Positions 37,488 to 46,988 of a stretch of 64,000 bases of DNA are shown piece after piece. Position numbers and translations under genes: made by a program. Positions within the stretch are counted from its first letter, which is position 1, and each line of letters starts with the position of its first letter. The stretch lies in NCBI GenBank assembly GCA_963723495.1, contig CAVRQR010000008.1, forward strand, positions 74,867 to 138,866, given 5' to 3'. The DNA comes from an uncultured Acidobacteriota bacterium. Lineage in GTDB: Bacteria > Acidobacteriota > Vicinamibacteria > Vicinamibacterales > UBA2999. The notes under the pieces were generated by a model that worked only from the letters and a program-made list of their open reading frames with translations, was not told the DNA's origin and searched no databases.

Positions 37488-38447
37488 CTACGACTGCGGC
37501 AGGACCGGGTGAACCGGATATGCGCGCTCACCTGCGAGGATCTTCACACCAAGACGATTCTCAGGCAGCGGAATCGGGCAGGTCGTGTACGGGTTGAAGG
37601 CGCACGGCGGGTTGTACGCCTGGTTGAAGTCGAGAATCGCCGTCCCATCCTCACGAAGATCGGCATAGAGGAAGCGCGCCGCCTCGTAGGTCTCCTGCCC
37701 GGCGGACGCATCGCGGAATACGAAGTAGAAGCGCTTCGGCCGCGTCGTGAACGGTCGCAGGCGAACCGTCTGCCCGCGAAGCGTGAACTCGACCACACCC
37801 TCGGTCTTGAAGGTGTCGAGGTCGCCAAACGTGTTCACCACCTGCATGTCGCGTGGCGCCGCATCGGGAATGAAACGGCCCGTGACACGGTAGTCCATCT
37901 GGATCGGGAACCACGTGAAACCAAGGAACCCACGCGCCAGCTCACCGTCAGGATCCCACACCCGCAGCGACTGACGTTCGCCACTGCGGTGGACAACGAT
38001 GCGAACGTCCCCGACAGAAAGGACATCTGGCTTGGGCTCACCATCATCGGCCAGGTTGATCGGGGTGGTCACCAATTGGCTGTCCAGCGAAACCGCCACT
38101 CCTGGTTCGGGCTCGAAACGAACGATGCCATTGGCGAGCATGAATCGCCCGAGCACCGGCGGCGCGGAGGCGGGAAGCACGATATCGTTGGAGCGAGCGC
38201 TGCCAGCGGTGTGGGACCCGGGCTCGAGGAAGTGCAGGCCCGCGATCGTGACCCAGTCGCGCCGGTAGTCGGCCTCATGCTTCGCACGCCATGCCTCGCT
38301 CTCCCTGGTCGCGGCCTCGACGTCCATAGTCGCTGAATCCTGTGGCGCACCAGCCCGGCAGCTGATGGTTGTCACCACCGACGCGCAGGTCACGGCAACA
38401 GTGACCACCGCTGCTGCACACCTGATCAAGCTGAGCGCTCCATGCAC
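37488..38447 (-). CDS. DUF1684 domain protein
   Basis: The C-terminal CAFNPYTTCPIPLPENRLGVKILAGERAY is the DUF1684 signature. The start is uncertain, from GTG 38447 down to ATG 38330. Confidence 0.8.
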   Translation of the reverse strand: MHGALSLIRCAAAVVTVAVTCASVVTTISCRAGAPQDSATMDVEAATRESEAWRAKHEADYRRDWVTIAGLHFLEPGSHTAGSARSNDIVLPASAPPVLGRFMLANGIVRFEPEPGVAVSLDSQLVTTPINLADDGEPKPDVLSVGDVRIVVHRSGERQSLRVWDPDGELARGFLGFTWFPIQMDYRVTGRFIPDAAPRDMQVVNTFGDLDTFKTEGVVEFTLRGQTVRLRPFTTRPKRFYFVFRDASAGQETYEAARFLYADLREDGTAILDFNQAYNPPCAFNPYTTCPIPLPENRLGVKILAGERAYPVHPVLPQS

Positions 38448-38450
38448 GCG

Positions 38451-38478
38451 ATTATAGTGTGCGCACCCGCTGGTCCAA
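38451..38478 (-). promoter_or_regulatory. candidate sigma70-type promoter for the DUF1684 gene
   Basis: On the minus strand: TTGGAC (38478-38473), a 16-nt spacer, then TATAAT (38456-38451). If it is used, translation probably starts downstream of 38447. Confidence 0.35.
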
Positions 38479-38517
38479 CCGTTGCAGCTCACTTTCAGAC
38501 AACCCAGAAGGTGATCT

Positions 38518-39141
38518 ATGAAGGGTTCGGGTTTACTCGTCGTTACGGTGCTCGTCTGTATCGGCGCTACCGCGTTCGCGCAGGTCAGCAATGACGGAGC
38601 ATCATCAGCTAGCGCGACGTGCCATCGGCTCAGCGCGACGTGCCGCCGGCTCAGCGCGAAGTGCCATCGGCTCAGCGCGATGCGCCATCGGCTCAGCGCG
38701 ATGCGCCAACAATCCGCTCAGCCCGATGTGCAATCGGCTCCGCCGCCGAGGCCGCCGACGTACACGCCGGAACAACTCTTCGGTCCATCGACGCCGCCAG
38801 CATCATCCACCAACACGAACACGGGAATCGATCCGACGACTGTTCCGCGACAGCTGCCAGGTCCCTCGAACAACGCGTCACCACCAGCCGATCGGCCCCT
38901 TTCGTGCCCCACACCATCGCCGCCGCCGGCGACTTCTCACCCTGGAGTGAGCGCTTCACAGTTCAAGCGCGCCGGTGTAGGCGCAGAAGCCTTTACTCGT
39001 CCCGGAGTCAGCGCCGAGGCTCTCAACGCACTACGGCCCGGGGCGCGCAGCAATCCCTGTGCACCGCCCCGCAACGTAATCCTGTATCCCGAGCCGCTCA
39101 CTCCATCTCGCAGGATTCCCCAGACCTCAGACGAGCCCTGA
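38518..39141 (+). CDS. exported low-complexity protein with heptad tandem repeats and a Pro-rich C-terminus
   Basis: Signal MKGSGLLVVTVLVCIGATAFAQ. The repeats read CHRLSAT/CRRLSAK/CHRLSAM/RHRLSAM. The PPPRPPTYTP... tail follows. All three plus-strand frames are open across the repeat. Confidence 0.55.
   Translation: MKGSGLLVVTVLVCIGATAFAQVSNDGASSASATCHRLSATCRRLSAKCHRLSAMRHRLSAMRQQSAQPDVQSAPPPRPPTYTPEQLFGPSTPPASSTNTNTGIDPTTVPRQLPGPSNNASPPADRPLSCPTPSPPPATSHPGVSASQFKRAGVGAEAFTRPGVSAEALNALRPGARSNPCAPPRNVILYPEPLTPSRRIPQTSDEP
38606..38739 (+). repeat. tandem repeat, 21-nt unit CAGCGCGA(C/A/T)G(T/C)GCC(A/G)(T/C)CGGCT, about 6 copies (two are 25-nt variants)
   Basis: Copies occupy 38606-38630 (25 nt), 38631-38651, 38652-38672, 38673-38693, 38694-38718 (25 nt) and 38719-38739. 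Confidence 0.9.
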
Positions 39142-39268
39142 GGGCAGCGGACGTCCCCAGCGATCTGCCAGATATCGAGGGCGGAGTGCTGGCTGGTTTG
39201 ACACTCGGCAATGAGGGTGCCCACAATGCAGGCGCGGCCACGAGTCCCCGGCCTCCCGCTTTCACAAT

Positions 39269-39661
39269 ATGAGCGCTCTCACGCGATATCGACTCTGCCT
39301 GATGCTCAGCATCGTCCTGAACCTCGTGGTCGGGCTGTGGATCTTCGTGTCTCCTGAGACATTCACCGGTCTGCTGGGGCAGCCGGCTGCGGTACCCAGC
39401 ACGTGGCCGCGTCACTGGGGCGCTCAACTGTGGGCGATCAACTTCCTGTACATGCCAGGCTATCGAGATCCGCTGACGCACCGATGGCCGAACTGGTGCG
39501 GCATCGGGATTCGCATCGGCTTTGCGCTCTTCTTCTTCAGCCAGGGTGATGGCTTCGTACCCATGGGGATCTACGACGGACTCTCTGGTCTCATCCTGCT
39601 CGGCACCTACCTGCAGGTCCTTCGATCGGCCGGCAACAAGATCGGATCGCGCACCACCTGA
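39269..39661 (+). CDS. hypothetical membrane protein
   Basis: 130 aa with 3-4 TM helices. I recognise no family. Confidence 0.55.
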   Translation: MSALTRYRLCLMLSIVLNLVVGLWIFVSPETFTGLLGQPAAVPSTWPRHWGAQLWAINFLYMPGYRDPLTHRWPNWCGIGIRIGFALFFFSQGDGFVPMGIYDGLSGLILLGTYLQVLRSAGNKIGSRTT

Positions 39662-39975
39662 TGTCGCTCGAACAGAGTTTGGGTACTAGCGATTTCTGAG
39701 TCGGTGACGCGGCGACCAGTCACACGTGATATGTGGTCGGAGCGCTGATTCCAGGGGTCGGATGCATCCCGATGGATTCAGTTTTCTGAATTCCGTCCAA
39801 ATGTCTGTACGACGCTGTTATTCGTCCACGCGTTGACCACACTGAGAGGACGGCTCATCCCCCGCCACGGCATCCTCGTCACTCGTCACAACGGCACGTT
39901 TCTCTCCTATCACGTCTCTTCGGAATAGAGCCCGTTCAACCCGGCGCACGCGAGGCCGAGGGAGGAGTGTGAACA

Positions 39976-42900
39976 ATGGCGAGACGCATCACCGGACGTG
40001 TCGCGGCGCTGCTGTTGGTGTTGATGGCCTGCACGCTCGATGCGCAGGAACGATTCGGCAGCGTGACCGGCACCGTCACCGATACCTCGGAAGCGGCCGT
40101 ACCCGGCGCAACCGTCACGGTCACCAACAAGGAGACCGGCGCTGAGCGAGTCGTCGTGACCGACTCAATTGGGACGTACCGCATTCCCGATCTCAATCCG
40201 GGTCGTTACTCGATCGCGATCGAGCTGCAAGGCTTCCAGAGAGTCGTCGTCGACGATCTCATTGTCCTGCTCGGCAGAACACTGACCGCCGACGCCCGGC
40301 TGCAGCCCGGTGTGCTGACGGAAGTGGTGAACGTGACGGCCGAGGCAACGAAGCAGCTCGATCTGGCAAGCGTGACGCTGGCGCATAACGTCACCTCCGA
40401 AGAGATCGACCGCCTGCCGAAGGGCCGTAGCTTCCAGAGCATCGCATTGGCCGCACCCGGCGTGAACGCGGGAGAGATCGAAGGCGGCTTCCAGGTCAAC
40501 GGTGCCAGCAGCGCCGAAAACGTCTTCACCATCGACGGCGTGGCGACGAACAGTCTGATCTACGGGAGTTCGCGGCAGAACACCGTGTTCGAGTACCTGC
40601 AGGAGGTCCAGGTCAAGACCGGCGGTATCGACGCGGAATACGGCGGCGCGCTCGGCGGGGTGATCAGTGCCGTGACCAAGTCGGGCGGCAACCTGTACAC
40701 GGGTGAAGGTCACTACTACTACATCGGCAACGCCCTCAGCGCGGGGCCGGTCAAGCGTCTCGTGCTCAGCCCTGACGATCTGACCACGGTTGGCTACTTC
40801 CAGGACGAGAAGCAGGTGGACAACCAGAGCGAGTTCGGCGGCTCGATTGGAGGTCCGATCGTACGGAATCGACTGTTCTTCTTCGGATCAATCTCGCCGC
40901 GCGTCGTGCGCAGGACCAGCGACTACATGTTCTCGTCTGGCACCGAGCCGGGCACGATCGATCAGGACCAGACGGCCTGGCAGGGCTTCGGGAAGGTGAC
41001 GTATTCATCCGGACGCGTGACGGCCAATGCCAGCCTGCTGATGACGCCGACCCGTTCGACCGGCCGGCTGCCGGCATATGACTACACCGGCCCGAGCTAC
41101 ATCACCTCATCCTCGGCCGCGAACGAAGCCAACCGGACGCGGGGATTCGAAACCGATCAGAACAATGTCGGGGGCAACGTCGATGTGTCGCTGACCAACA
41201 GCGCGTACGTCAGCGTGCGAGGCGGTTACTTCTACGACAACTACAAGGACACTGGCGTGCCGCTCACCACGAGCTACACGTATCAGACGCCCAACTTCAA
41301 CGTACCAGGTGTTCCCCCCAGCCTTCAGGGACCGTCCAACACCGTCAATACCCCGCGCATCCTGATCACCAACTCCGACAAGACCACGCAGGGGTTCGTC
41401 CAGCTCGATTACAACCACGCGTTCAGAAAGGCGGGCTCTCACCTCCTCAAGGGAGGCTGGGGCATCCGGCGATCGGTCAACGACGTCGACGTGGCGTACC
41501 CGGGCGGCTATGTCTACCTGTACTGGGGTCAGTCGTTCCGCAGCACCGTCACGGGGCAAACCGGAACGGGCACGTACGGCTACTACACGGTCAACGACCA
41601 GGGCACGCGCGGCGCAGTCAACGCCAACATCCAGAACCTGTACGTGCAGGATACCTGGCAGGTCGGTTCACGGCTCACGCTGAATCTCGGCATCCGCACG
41701 GAGAACGAGAAGATTCCGACCTTCCGGCCCGACATCGCCGAATACGCCTTCCAGTTCGGCTTCGGCGACAAGCTGGCACCTCGTCTCGGCGCCACGTATG
41801 ACGTGCGCGGTGACGGACGCGTGAAGGCGTTTGCGAGCTGGGGCCGGTATTACGACTGGACGAAGTACGAGATCGCACGCGGGTCGTTTGGCGGTGATCT
41901 CTGGCACACCTACTACCGCTCGCTCGACACGCTCGATATCGCCAGCCTCAATCTGAGCAACATGCCTGGGCGCGATCTCTGGGGCAGCGCCACCGGCTTC
42001 AGGGATCTGCGTCAGACCTTCATTCGCAATACCGATCCCGACATCAAGCCGATGTACCAGGACAGCTTCAACGGCGGCGTGGACCTTCAGTTGAGCGGCA
42101 CCATGGCGCTCGGCATTCACTACGTCCACAACAATCTCGGTCGAACCATCGAAGACATGGGCTCGATCGTCGACGGTGACAGCGTGTACGTGATCGGTAA
42201 CCCGGGCGAAGGGCGGAACACCATTACGCCGCCTGCGTACTCCAACACGGCGCCGTTCGCCACGCCGAAAGCCAAGCGGCAATTCGATGCGGTCGAGGTC
42301 ACACTCGAACGGCGGTTTGCCAACAACTGGTTCGGCAGCGCGAATTACACCTGGAGCCGCCTGTACGGCAACTACTCCGGCACGGCCAACTCCGACGAGA
42401 TCAACACGCCGACGACCGGTGTCCTGTCGAACAACGCGCAGCAGCAGGTGGGCACGATCGCCCGGCCCGGGAGCAACGCGCACACCGGTTGGGACATCGA
42501 CCAGGTCCTCTGGGACGCGAACGGCAACCTCGATCCGCGTGGCCGCCTGGCGACCGACCGTCCACACGTCGTGAAGCTGTATGGCGCGTATCAATTCAAC
42601 ATCGGCACGCAGGTGGGCGCCTTCTTCTACGGCGGCAGCGGGACGCCGATCACCACGCAGGTCGTCGGTGCGGATCAGTACGCGCCGATGGTCAATGGGC
42701 GCGGCGACATGGGACGCACGCCGGTTCTCACGCGAACCGATCTGCTCGTGTCGCACGAGTTGTCGTTTGCGGACCGGAAGCGGGTGCGGTTCGAACTGAA
42801 CATCCAGAACCTGTTCAACCAGAAGACGGCAACACACATCTTCAACTTCCTGAACAAGGGGGCCCCGGCGGGCGGTCAGACACGCGCAGCCGATGCGATC

Positions 42901-43056
42901 GACTTCTCGGACGTCGACCTCGCGGCTGGCTACGACTACAACGCGCTGATCCTGGCGACGCAGGAAGGTGCCGCGGCGTTCGATCCGCGCTACCGCCTGG
43001 ACGATCTCTTCACCCCCGGACTGCAGGGGCAGTTCAGCGTGAAGTTCATCTTCTGA
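39976..43056 (+). CDS. TonB-dependent receptor with an N-terminal carboxypeptidase-regulatory-like domain
   Basis: After the signal, GSVTGTVTDTSEAAVPGATVTVTNKETGAERVVVTDSIGTYRIPDLNPGRYSI is a CarboxypepD_reg domain. A plug and a long beta-barrel follow, ending in ...FSVKFIF. Confidence 0.9.
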   Translation: MARRITGRVAALLLVLMACTLDAQERFGSVTGTVTDTSEAAVPGATVTVTNKETGAERVVVTDSIGTYRIPDLNPGRYSIAIELQGFQRVVVDDLIVLLGRTLTADARLQPGVLTEVVNVTAEATKQLDLASVTLAHNVTSEEIDRLPKGRSFQSIALAAPGVNAGEIEGGFQVNGASSAENVFTIDGVATNSLIYGSSRQNTVFEYLQEVQVKTGGIDAEYGGALGGVISAVTKSGGNLYTGEGHYYYIGNALSAGPVKRLVLSPDDLTTVGYFQDEKQVDNQSEFGGSIGGPIVRNRLFFFGSISPRVVRRTSDYMFSSGTEPGTIDQDQTAWQGFGKVTYSSGRVTANASLLMTPTRSTGRLPAYDYTGPSYITSSSAANEANRTRGFETDQNNVGGNVDVSLTNSAYVSVRGGYFYDNYKDTGVPLTTSYTYQTPNFNVPGVPPSLQGPSNTVNTPRILITNSDKTTQGFVQLDYNHAFRKAGSHLLKGGWGIRRSVNDVDVAYPGGYVYLYWGQSFRSTVTGQTGTGTYGYYTVNDQGTRGAVNANIQNLYVQDTWQVGSRLTLNLGIRTENEKIPTFRPDIAEYAFQFGFGDKLAPRLGATYDVRGDGRVKAFASWGRYYDWTKYEIARGSFGGDLWHTYYRSLDTLDIASLNLSNMPGRDLWGSATGFRDLRQTFIRNTDPDIKPMYQDSFNGGVDLQLSGTMALGIHYVHNNLGRTIEDMGSIVDGDSVYVIGNPGEGRNTITPPAYSNTAPFATPKAKRQFDAVEVTLERRFANNWFGSANYTWSRLYGNYSGTANSDEINTPTTGVLSNNAQQQVGTIARPGSNAHTGWDIDQVLWDANGNLDPRGRLATDRPHVVKLYGAYQFNIGTQVGAFFYGGSGTPITTQVVGADQYAPMVNGRGDMGRTPVLTRTDLLVSHELSFADRKRVRFELNIQNLFNQKTATHIFNFLNKGAPAGGQTRAADAIDFSDVDLAAGYDYNALILATQEGAAAFDPRYRLDDLFTPGLQGQFSVKFIF

Positions 43057-43066
43057 TCTGTCGCAC

Positions 43067-43095
43067 GGGGTTCGGGACTCGCGGTCCCGAACCCC
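43067..43095. terminator. perfect hairpin after the TonB-dependent receptor gene
   Basis: ggggttcggga-ctcgcgg-tcccgaacccc gives an 11-bp stem (up to 13 bp with c-g and u-g in the loop). There is no U-tail. Confidence 0.5.
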
Positions 43096-43252
43096 GGCTT
43101 CCCACCTCAAGCCCGGCCTCCTCCATTTTTGACGCTCTAATGTGACACGTGTTATTCCATTGGCGCGTCTAATGAAGAGACTCTAATGACCGTCTTGCGC
43201 GAAGAGTAGCGCGGCGAAGGAGATTCCGCTCTTCACGCCCGGCGCGTCCTGA

Positions 43253-45700
43253 CTACGTGTCGCGAAGCGCCACGAGTGGATCCATGTGCGCTGCGGCGCG
43301 TGCCGGCAGATAACACGCCACGCCGGCCGCGCCAAGCAGGAGCACCGTCGCCATCAGCAATGCCGCAGGATCAAGCGGATCCACTTCGTAGAGGAGGCCG
43401 CGCAGGAACTGCGTCACGACGAGAGACAAAGCCAGCCCGATGACCGCGCCACCAGAAGCCAGCAGCATTCCTTCACGCAGCACCATGCGACGCACATCTG
43501 CCGGGCCGGCGCCAAGTGCCAGACGCACGCCAATCTCTGCGTAGCGTTGCCGCACCGATGCGGCGATGACCGCATACAGTCCGACCGCGGAAAGCAGCAG
43601 AGCCGAGATACCGAACACTCCGAGCACGAACGTATAGAACCGCGGGCGCGCGAGCGGCTGGCGAAGCAGCTCATCAAAGGGCGCAATGCGCGGCACCCGG
43701 ACAGAGGGATCGACGGCGCTCACCTGTTCACGAACAACACGCGCGATCTGAGACAGCGGCGCCGTCGATCGCACGACGAGCGACTGCGCGGTCACGATGA
43801 GTTGGGTGTCCGGAACATAGAGTGTCGCCTGCGACGCCCGCAGATCGCGATAGCGTGTCCGCGACGCGACGCCAACGACGGTGCGCCAATTGTCCTTGGA
43901 CACCAGATCGCCCATCTTCAGTCGCTTGCCGATTGGATTCTGCCCAGGCCACAGCCTCGACGCGACGTCCTCGCTCACGATCGCCACGTCAGGGGCATCG
44001 TCGCGATCCCGCTCATCGAAGGAACGGCCTCTGACGAGCGTGACGCCGAAGGTGTCGAAGTAGCCGGGTTGGATCGCCTCGAGGTTGAGGGAACCATTGG
44101 TCGCGACTTGCGCCGCGCTCTGCCCCTCTGCCGTCACGACCGGTACATCCCATCCGACGCCTGAGAACGGCTCGGCGTTGATCGGCGTTGCCGAGGCAAT
44201 CGTTGGTGTCGCGTCGAGCCGCCTCACGACCTCTTCGAGGAACTGGAGATGACGTGTCCGGTCGGCATACCGATCCTGTGGCAACGCCAGCGACACATGC
44301 ACCAGGCGATCGGCGCCGAGCTCCGTGCCGGTGGACTGCAGCCGCACCAGGCTCCGGGTGACGAGCCCGGCCGCCGCGATAACGGTGACAGCCAATGCCA
44401 CCTGCGCCGCTACGAGCGCCGCCCGCCCTCGTTTGGTGCCGCGCGTCACTGCCCGGCCACCGCTCTGCACGTGAGAGACGAGATCGATGCGTCCGGCGGC
44501 AAGGGCAGGAACGAGCGCCGCGAGGATGGTCGTCACGAGTGCCAGCGTCATCACGAACAGCGCCACGCCGCCGTCGACCCGAATCGCATCCACTCTCGGC
44601 AACCCGCCAGGCGCGATCGCCACAAGCGCGCGCAGGGACACCCAGGCGGCCGCAAACCCGATGATGCCGCCGAGGACCGCCAGCACAAGACTCTCACTGA
44701 CGATCTGCCGTGCGAGACGAAAACGTGTTGCCCCCAACGCCGTGCGCACGGCCAGGTCCGGACGCCTGATCTCACCGCGCACGAGCAACAGGTTCGCCAC
44801 GTTCGCACTGGCCACGAGCAGCACGAGCGCAACCGCACCGAAGAGGACGAGCATCGCGCCGCGAACGTCACCGACGATGTCCTCGGTGATCGGTCGAACG
44901 ACTGAGACAGGCGGCGTCGCAACGGCGCCGGCTGGTGCCGTCTGCGCGAGTTGCGGCGCGAGCGCGCCAAGAGCGCTAACTGCCTGCGCCACGGTGACGC
45001 CCGGCTGCAGACGCGCAATCACATCGAGTTCGTCGCGCGTGGCCTGCTGAAACGTCGGGTTGCTGGTCAATGTCGCCCGCGCTTCGACCGTCATCCACGC
45101 GTCGACACCTCGCGGATATTCGACGTCGGGAGGCATCACGCCGACAATGACGAATCGCTGATCGCTGATGGTGAGACGCCGGCCGATCACGTCGACGGCG
45201 CCGCCGTATCGTCGCTGCCACAGGCCGTGTGTGATGACGAGTACGCGCTCAGAGCCAACGGTGTCGTCGGCTGGATCGAGCGTACGCCCGAGCAAGGCAC
45301 GTGGGCCGAGAACATCGAAGAAGTCGCCGCTGACTCGCGCGCCATTGATGTAGGCGGCTGACGACTCCTCGACAATCTCCAGCTGTGACGGCTCGCTGTA
45401 TCCGAGCGCGGCCACGCCGGCGAAGACACGCGTCGAGGCATCGCGAATCAACGTGACCTCGGCCGAGCTAAACCGCCAATGCGCGGACCCGGTCGATGGA
45501 TGCTCCTTCCGGACCGTCACGAGCCGGTCCGCCTCGGGCATCGGCAACGGGCGCAACAGAACGCCCTGGATGAGGGCGAACATCGCCGTCACGCCCGCCA
45601 TCCCCACGGCGAGCGTCAACACGGCAGCCGCCGTGAATCCTTTGGCCCGGCGCAATCCGCGCCCCGCCAGACGAACGTCGTGGAACCAGGATTCGAGCAT
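43253..45700 (-). CDS. ADOP family duplicated FtsX/MacB-like ABC permease
   Basis: The ATG 45700 N-terminus MLESWFHDVRLAGRGLRRAKGFTAAAVLTLAVGMAG is typical. Two FtsX-type 4-TM modules are present. Confidence 0.9.
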   Translation of the reverse strand: MLESWFHDVRLAGRGLRRAKGFTAAAVLTLAVGMAGVTAMFALIQGVLLRPLPMPEADRLVTVRKEHPSTGSAHWRFSSAEVTLIRDASTRVFAGVAALGYSEPSQLEIVEESSAAYINGARVSGDFFDVLGPRALLGRTLDPADDTVGSERVLVITHGLWQRRYGGAVDVIGRRLTISDQRFVIVGVMPPDVEYPRGVDAWMTVEARATLTSNPTFQQATRDELDVIARLQPGVTVAQAVSALGALAPQLAQTAPAGAVATPPVSVVRPITEDIVGDVRGAMLVLFGAVALVLLVASANVANLLLVRGEIRRPDLAVRTALGATRFRLARQIVSESLVLAVLGGIIGFAAAWVSLRALVAIAPGGLPRVDAIRVDGGVALFVMTLALVTTILAALVPALAAGRIDLVSHVQSGGRAVTRGTKRGRAALVAAQVALAVTVIAAAGLVTRSLVRLQSTGTELGADRLVHVSLALPQDRYADRTRHLQFLEEVVRRLDATPTIASATPINAEPFSGVGWDVPVVTAEGQSAAQVATNGSLNLEAIQPGYFDTFGVTLVRGRSFDERDRDDAPDVAIVSEDVASRLWPGQNPIGKRLKMGDLVSKDNWRTVVGVASRTRYRDLRASQATLYVPDTQLIVTAQSLVVRSTAPLSQIARVVREQVSAVDPSVRVPRIAPFDELLRQPLARPRFYTFVLGVFGISALLLSAVGLYAVIAASVRQRYAEIGVRLALGAGPADVRRMVLREGMLLASGGAVIGLALSLVVTQFLRGLLYEVDPLDPAALLMATVLLLGAAGVACYLPARAAAHMDPLVALRDT

Positions 45701-45704
45701 GGGA

Positions 45705-46547
45705 TCAATTATCGGTAGGCGGTGACACGCTGTCGATGACGAGCACATCTACCGGACCACGTCCACCGCTCAATCTCAGGCCAAGCTGCTCCTGTAATGC
45801 GGTGAACAGCGACACGCCGCTCGGATCGGGCGCCAGCAGGTCGGTCGCCTGACGCGGCTGATCTGGTGTCCAGGCCAACTCGAGATCGTACCTGTCCGTC
45901 AGCCCGGTCCTGTCGATGACGATACGGCCCACGATGGGCGTGAGCACGGCGGCCAGATCGCGCAACCGCACACCGCCAGCGCGTATACGGCCGGGCGCAC
46001 TGAAGCGAGTGTTGCACGGCAGCACTCGATCCGCTGGCCCCCCGAGTCCCTCCAGATCGCTTCGCGCCGAGCAGTCCGCCGCCTTCAACTGGGAACCAGT
46101 GGCGCCGTCACGTCGTACCAGCTCGAGCGTGTACATCGACATCTCGCGCGCCTCGACATGTGCCTGCAGCTTGAAGCGCTCCGCCAGAAGCGTTCGCAGC
46201 ATCGCCGGGACCTGGTCAAACGGTGCACCACCACGCACGGCCACGATATCGAACCGGTCATTGTTCATCCACCCCGGGCCGCCCACGAGCTGCTCGTCGA
46301 GCAATTCGTACGCCTGCACAATCAGGATCCGCAGTGAGGCATTGGTGATACGGAAGCGATCGCCCGCGCCGTCCATCATCACGCGCCCGCTCGTGGAAGT
46401 ATTTCGACGGATCGACGCGACTTCGAAGGCGGGCTCCTCGGTACGCTGAGTAGACGAGACCTGGGAGCGCACCGTGGCGGGCACAGCGAGCATCATGGCC
46501 AAATAGGCGGCGACCTGAATCAGAGCAACCACTCGCACACCGTTCAC
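45705..46547 (-). CDS. TIGR03435 family (soil-associated) protein
   Basis: The sequence PAFEVASIRRNTS...RFRITNASLRILIVQAYEL... matches the family signature as I recall it. The stop lies 4 nt before the permease start. Confidence 0.8.
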   Translation of the reverse strand: MNGVRVVALIQVAAYLAMMLAVPATVRSQVSSTQRTEEPAFEVASIRRNTSTSGRVMMDGAGDRFRITNASLRILIVQAYELLDEQLVGGPGWMNNDRFDIVAVRGGAPFDQVPAMLRTLLAERFKLQAHVEAREMSMYTLELVRRDGATGSQLKAADCSARSDLEGLGGPADRVLPCNTRFSAPGRIRAGGVRLRDLAAVLTPIVGRIVIDRTGLTDRYDLELAWTPDQPRQATDLLAPDPSGVSLFTALQEQLGLRLSGGRGPVDVLVIDSVSPPTDN

Positions 46548-46562
46548 AATCTTACGTGAGCG

Positions 46563-46976
46563 TCAGCCGATCAGTTGGACGATCACTTCCCGGTTCCGGC
46601 CGCGTGTGTCGAACTCGATCAGGACGACCTGCTGCCACGTCCCGACGCACAGCTGACCGTCATCAAAGGGAAGCGAGATTGAAGGGCCAAGCATAGCGGC
46701 TCGCACGTGGCTCGAACCGTTGTCGTCACCCCATTGCAGGTGATGCTCGTAGTGACCGTTGCGCGGCGCGAGATGCTCCCAGACCCGATTGAGATCCGCG
46801 ACGGCGCCCGGCTCGAACTCGATCGTGGTGATGCCAGCCGTGGAACCCACGACGGAGATGGTCGCAAGTCCAGCCTCGAGTGACGAGGTTTTCAGAGCAT
46901 GTGAAACGAGCGCGGTTATATCACGCACGTCCCCCTGCCCCGTCGTATCCACTCGATGTCTCGTCGTCTCCACCAT
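46563..46976 (-). CDS. yjbQ: YjbQ family secondary thiamine-phosphate synthase enzyme
   Basis: 137 aa. DITALVSHAL...LATISVVGSTAGITTIEFEPG...NGSSHVRAAMLGPS is typical of UPF0047/YjbQ. Confidence 0.85.
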   Translation of the reverse strand: MVETTRHRVDTTGQGDVRDITALVSHALKTSSLEAGLATISVVGSTAGITTIEFEPGAVADLNRVWEHLAPRNGHYEHHLQWGDDNGSSHVRAAMLGPSISLPFDDGQLCVGTWQQVVLIEFDTRGRNREVIVQLIG

Positions 46977-46988
46977 CGCAAACCATCC

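Noticed and set aside
38606-38739. The tandem repeat as a possible CRISPR array.
   Set aside because: The units are directly abutting 21-25-nt copies with no spacers. They lie inside an ORF that has a signal peptide, and no cas genes are nearby.
39662-39975. A riboswitch (for example cobalamin) in the 314-nt leader of the TonB-dependent receptor gene.
   Set aside because: I could not find a B12-box-like core or any other riboswitch signature by eye. Only a small ggattcag-tttt-ctgaattcc hairpin is present. A covariance-model scan would be needed before claiming anything.
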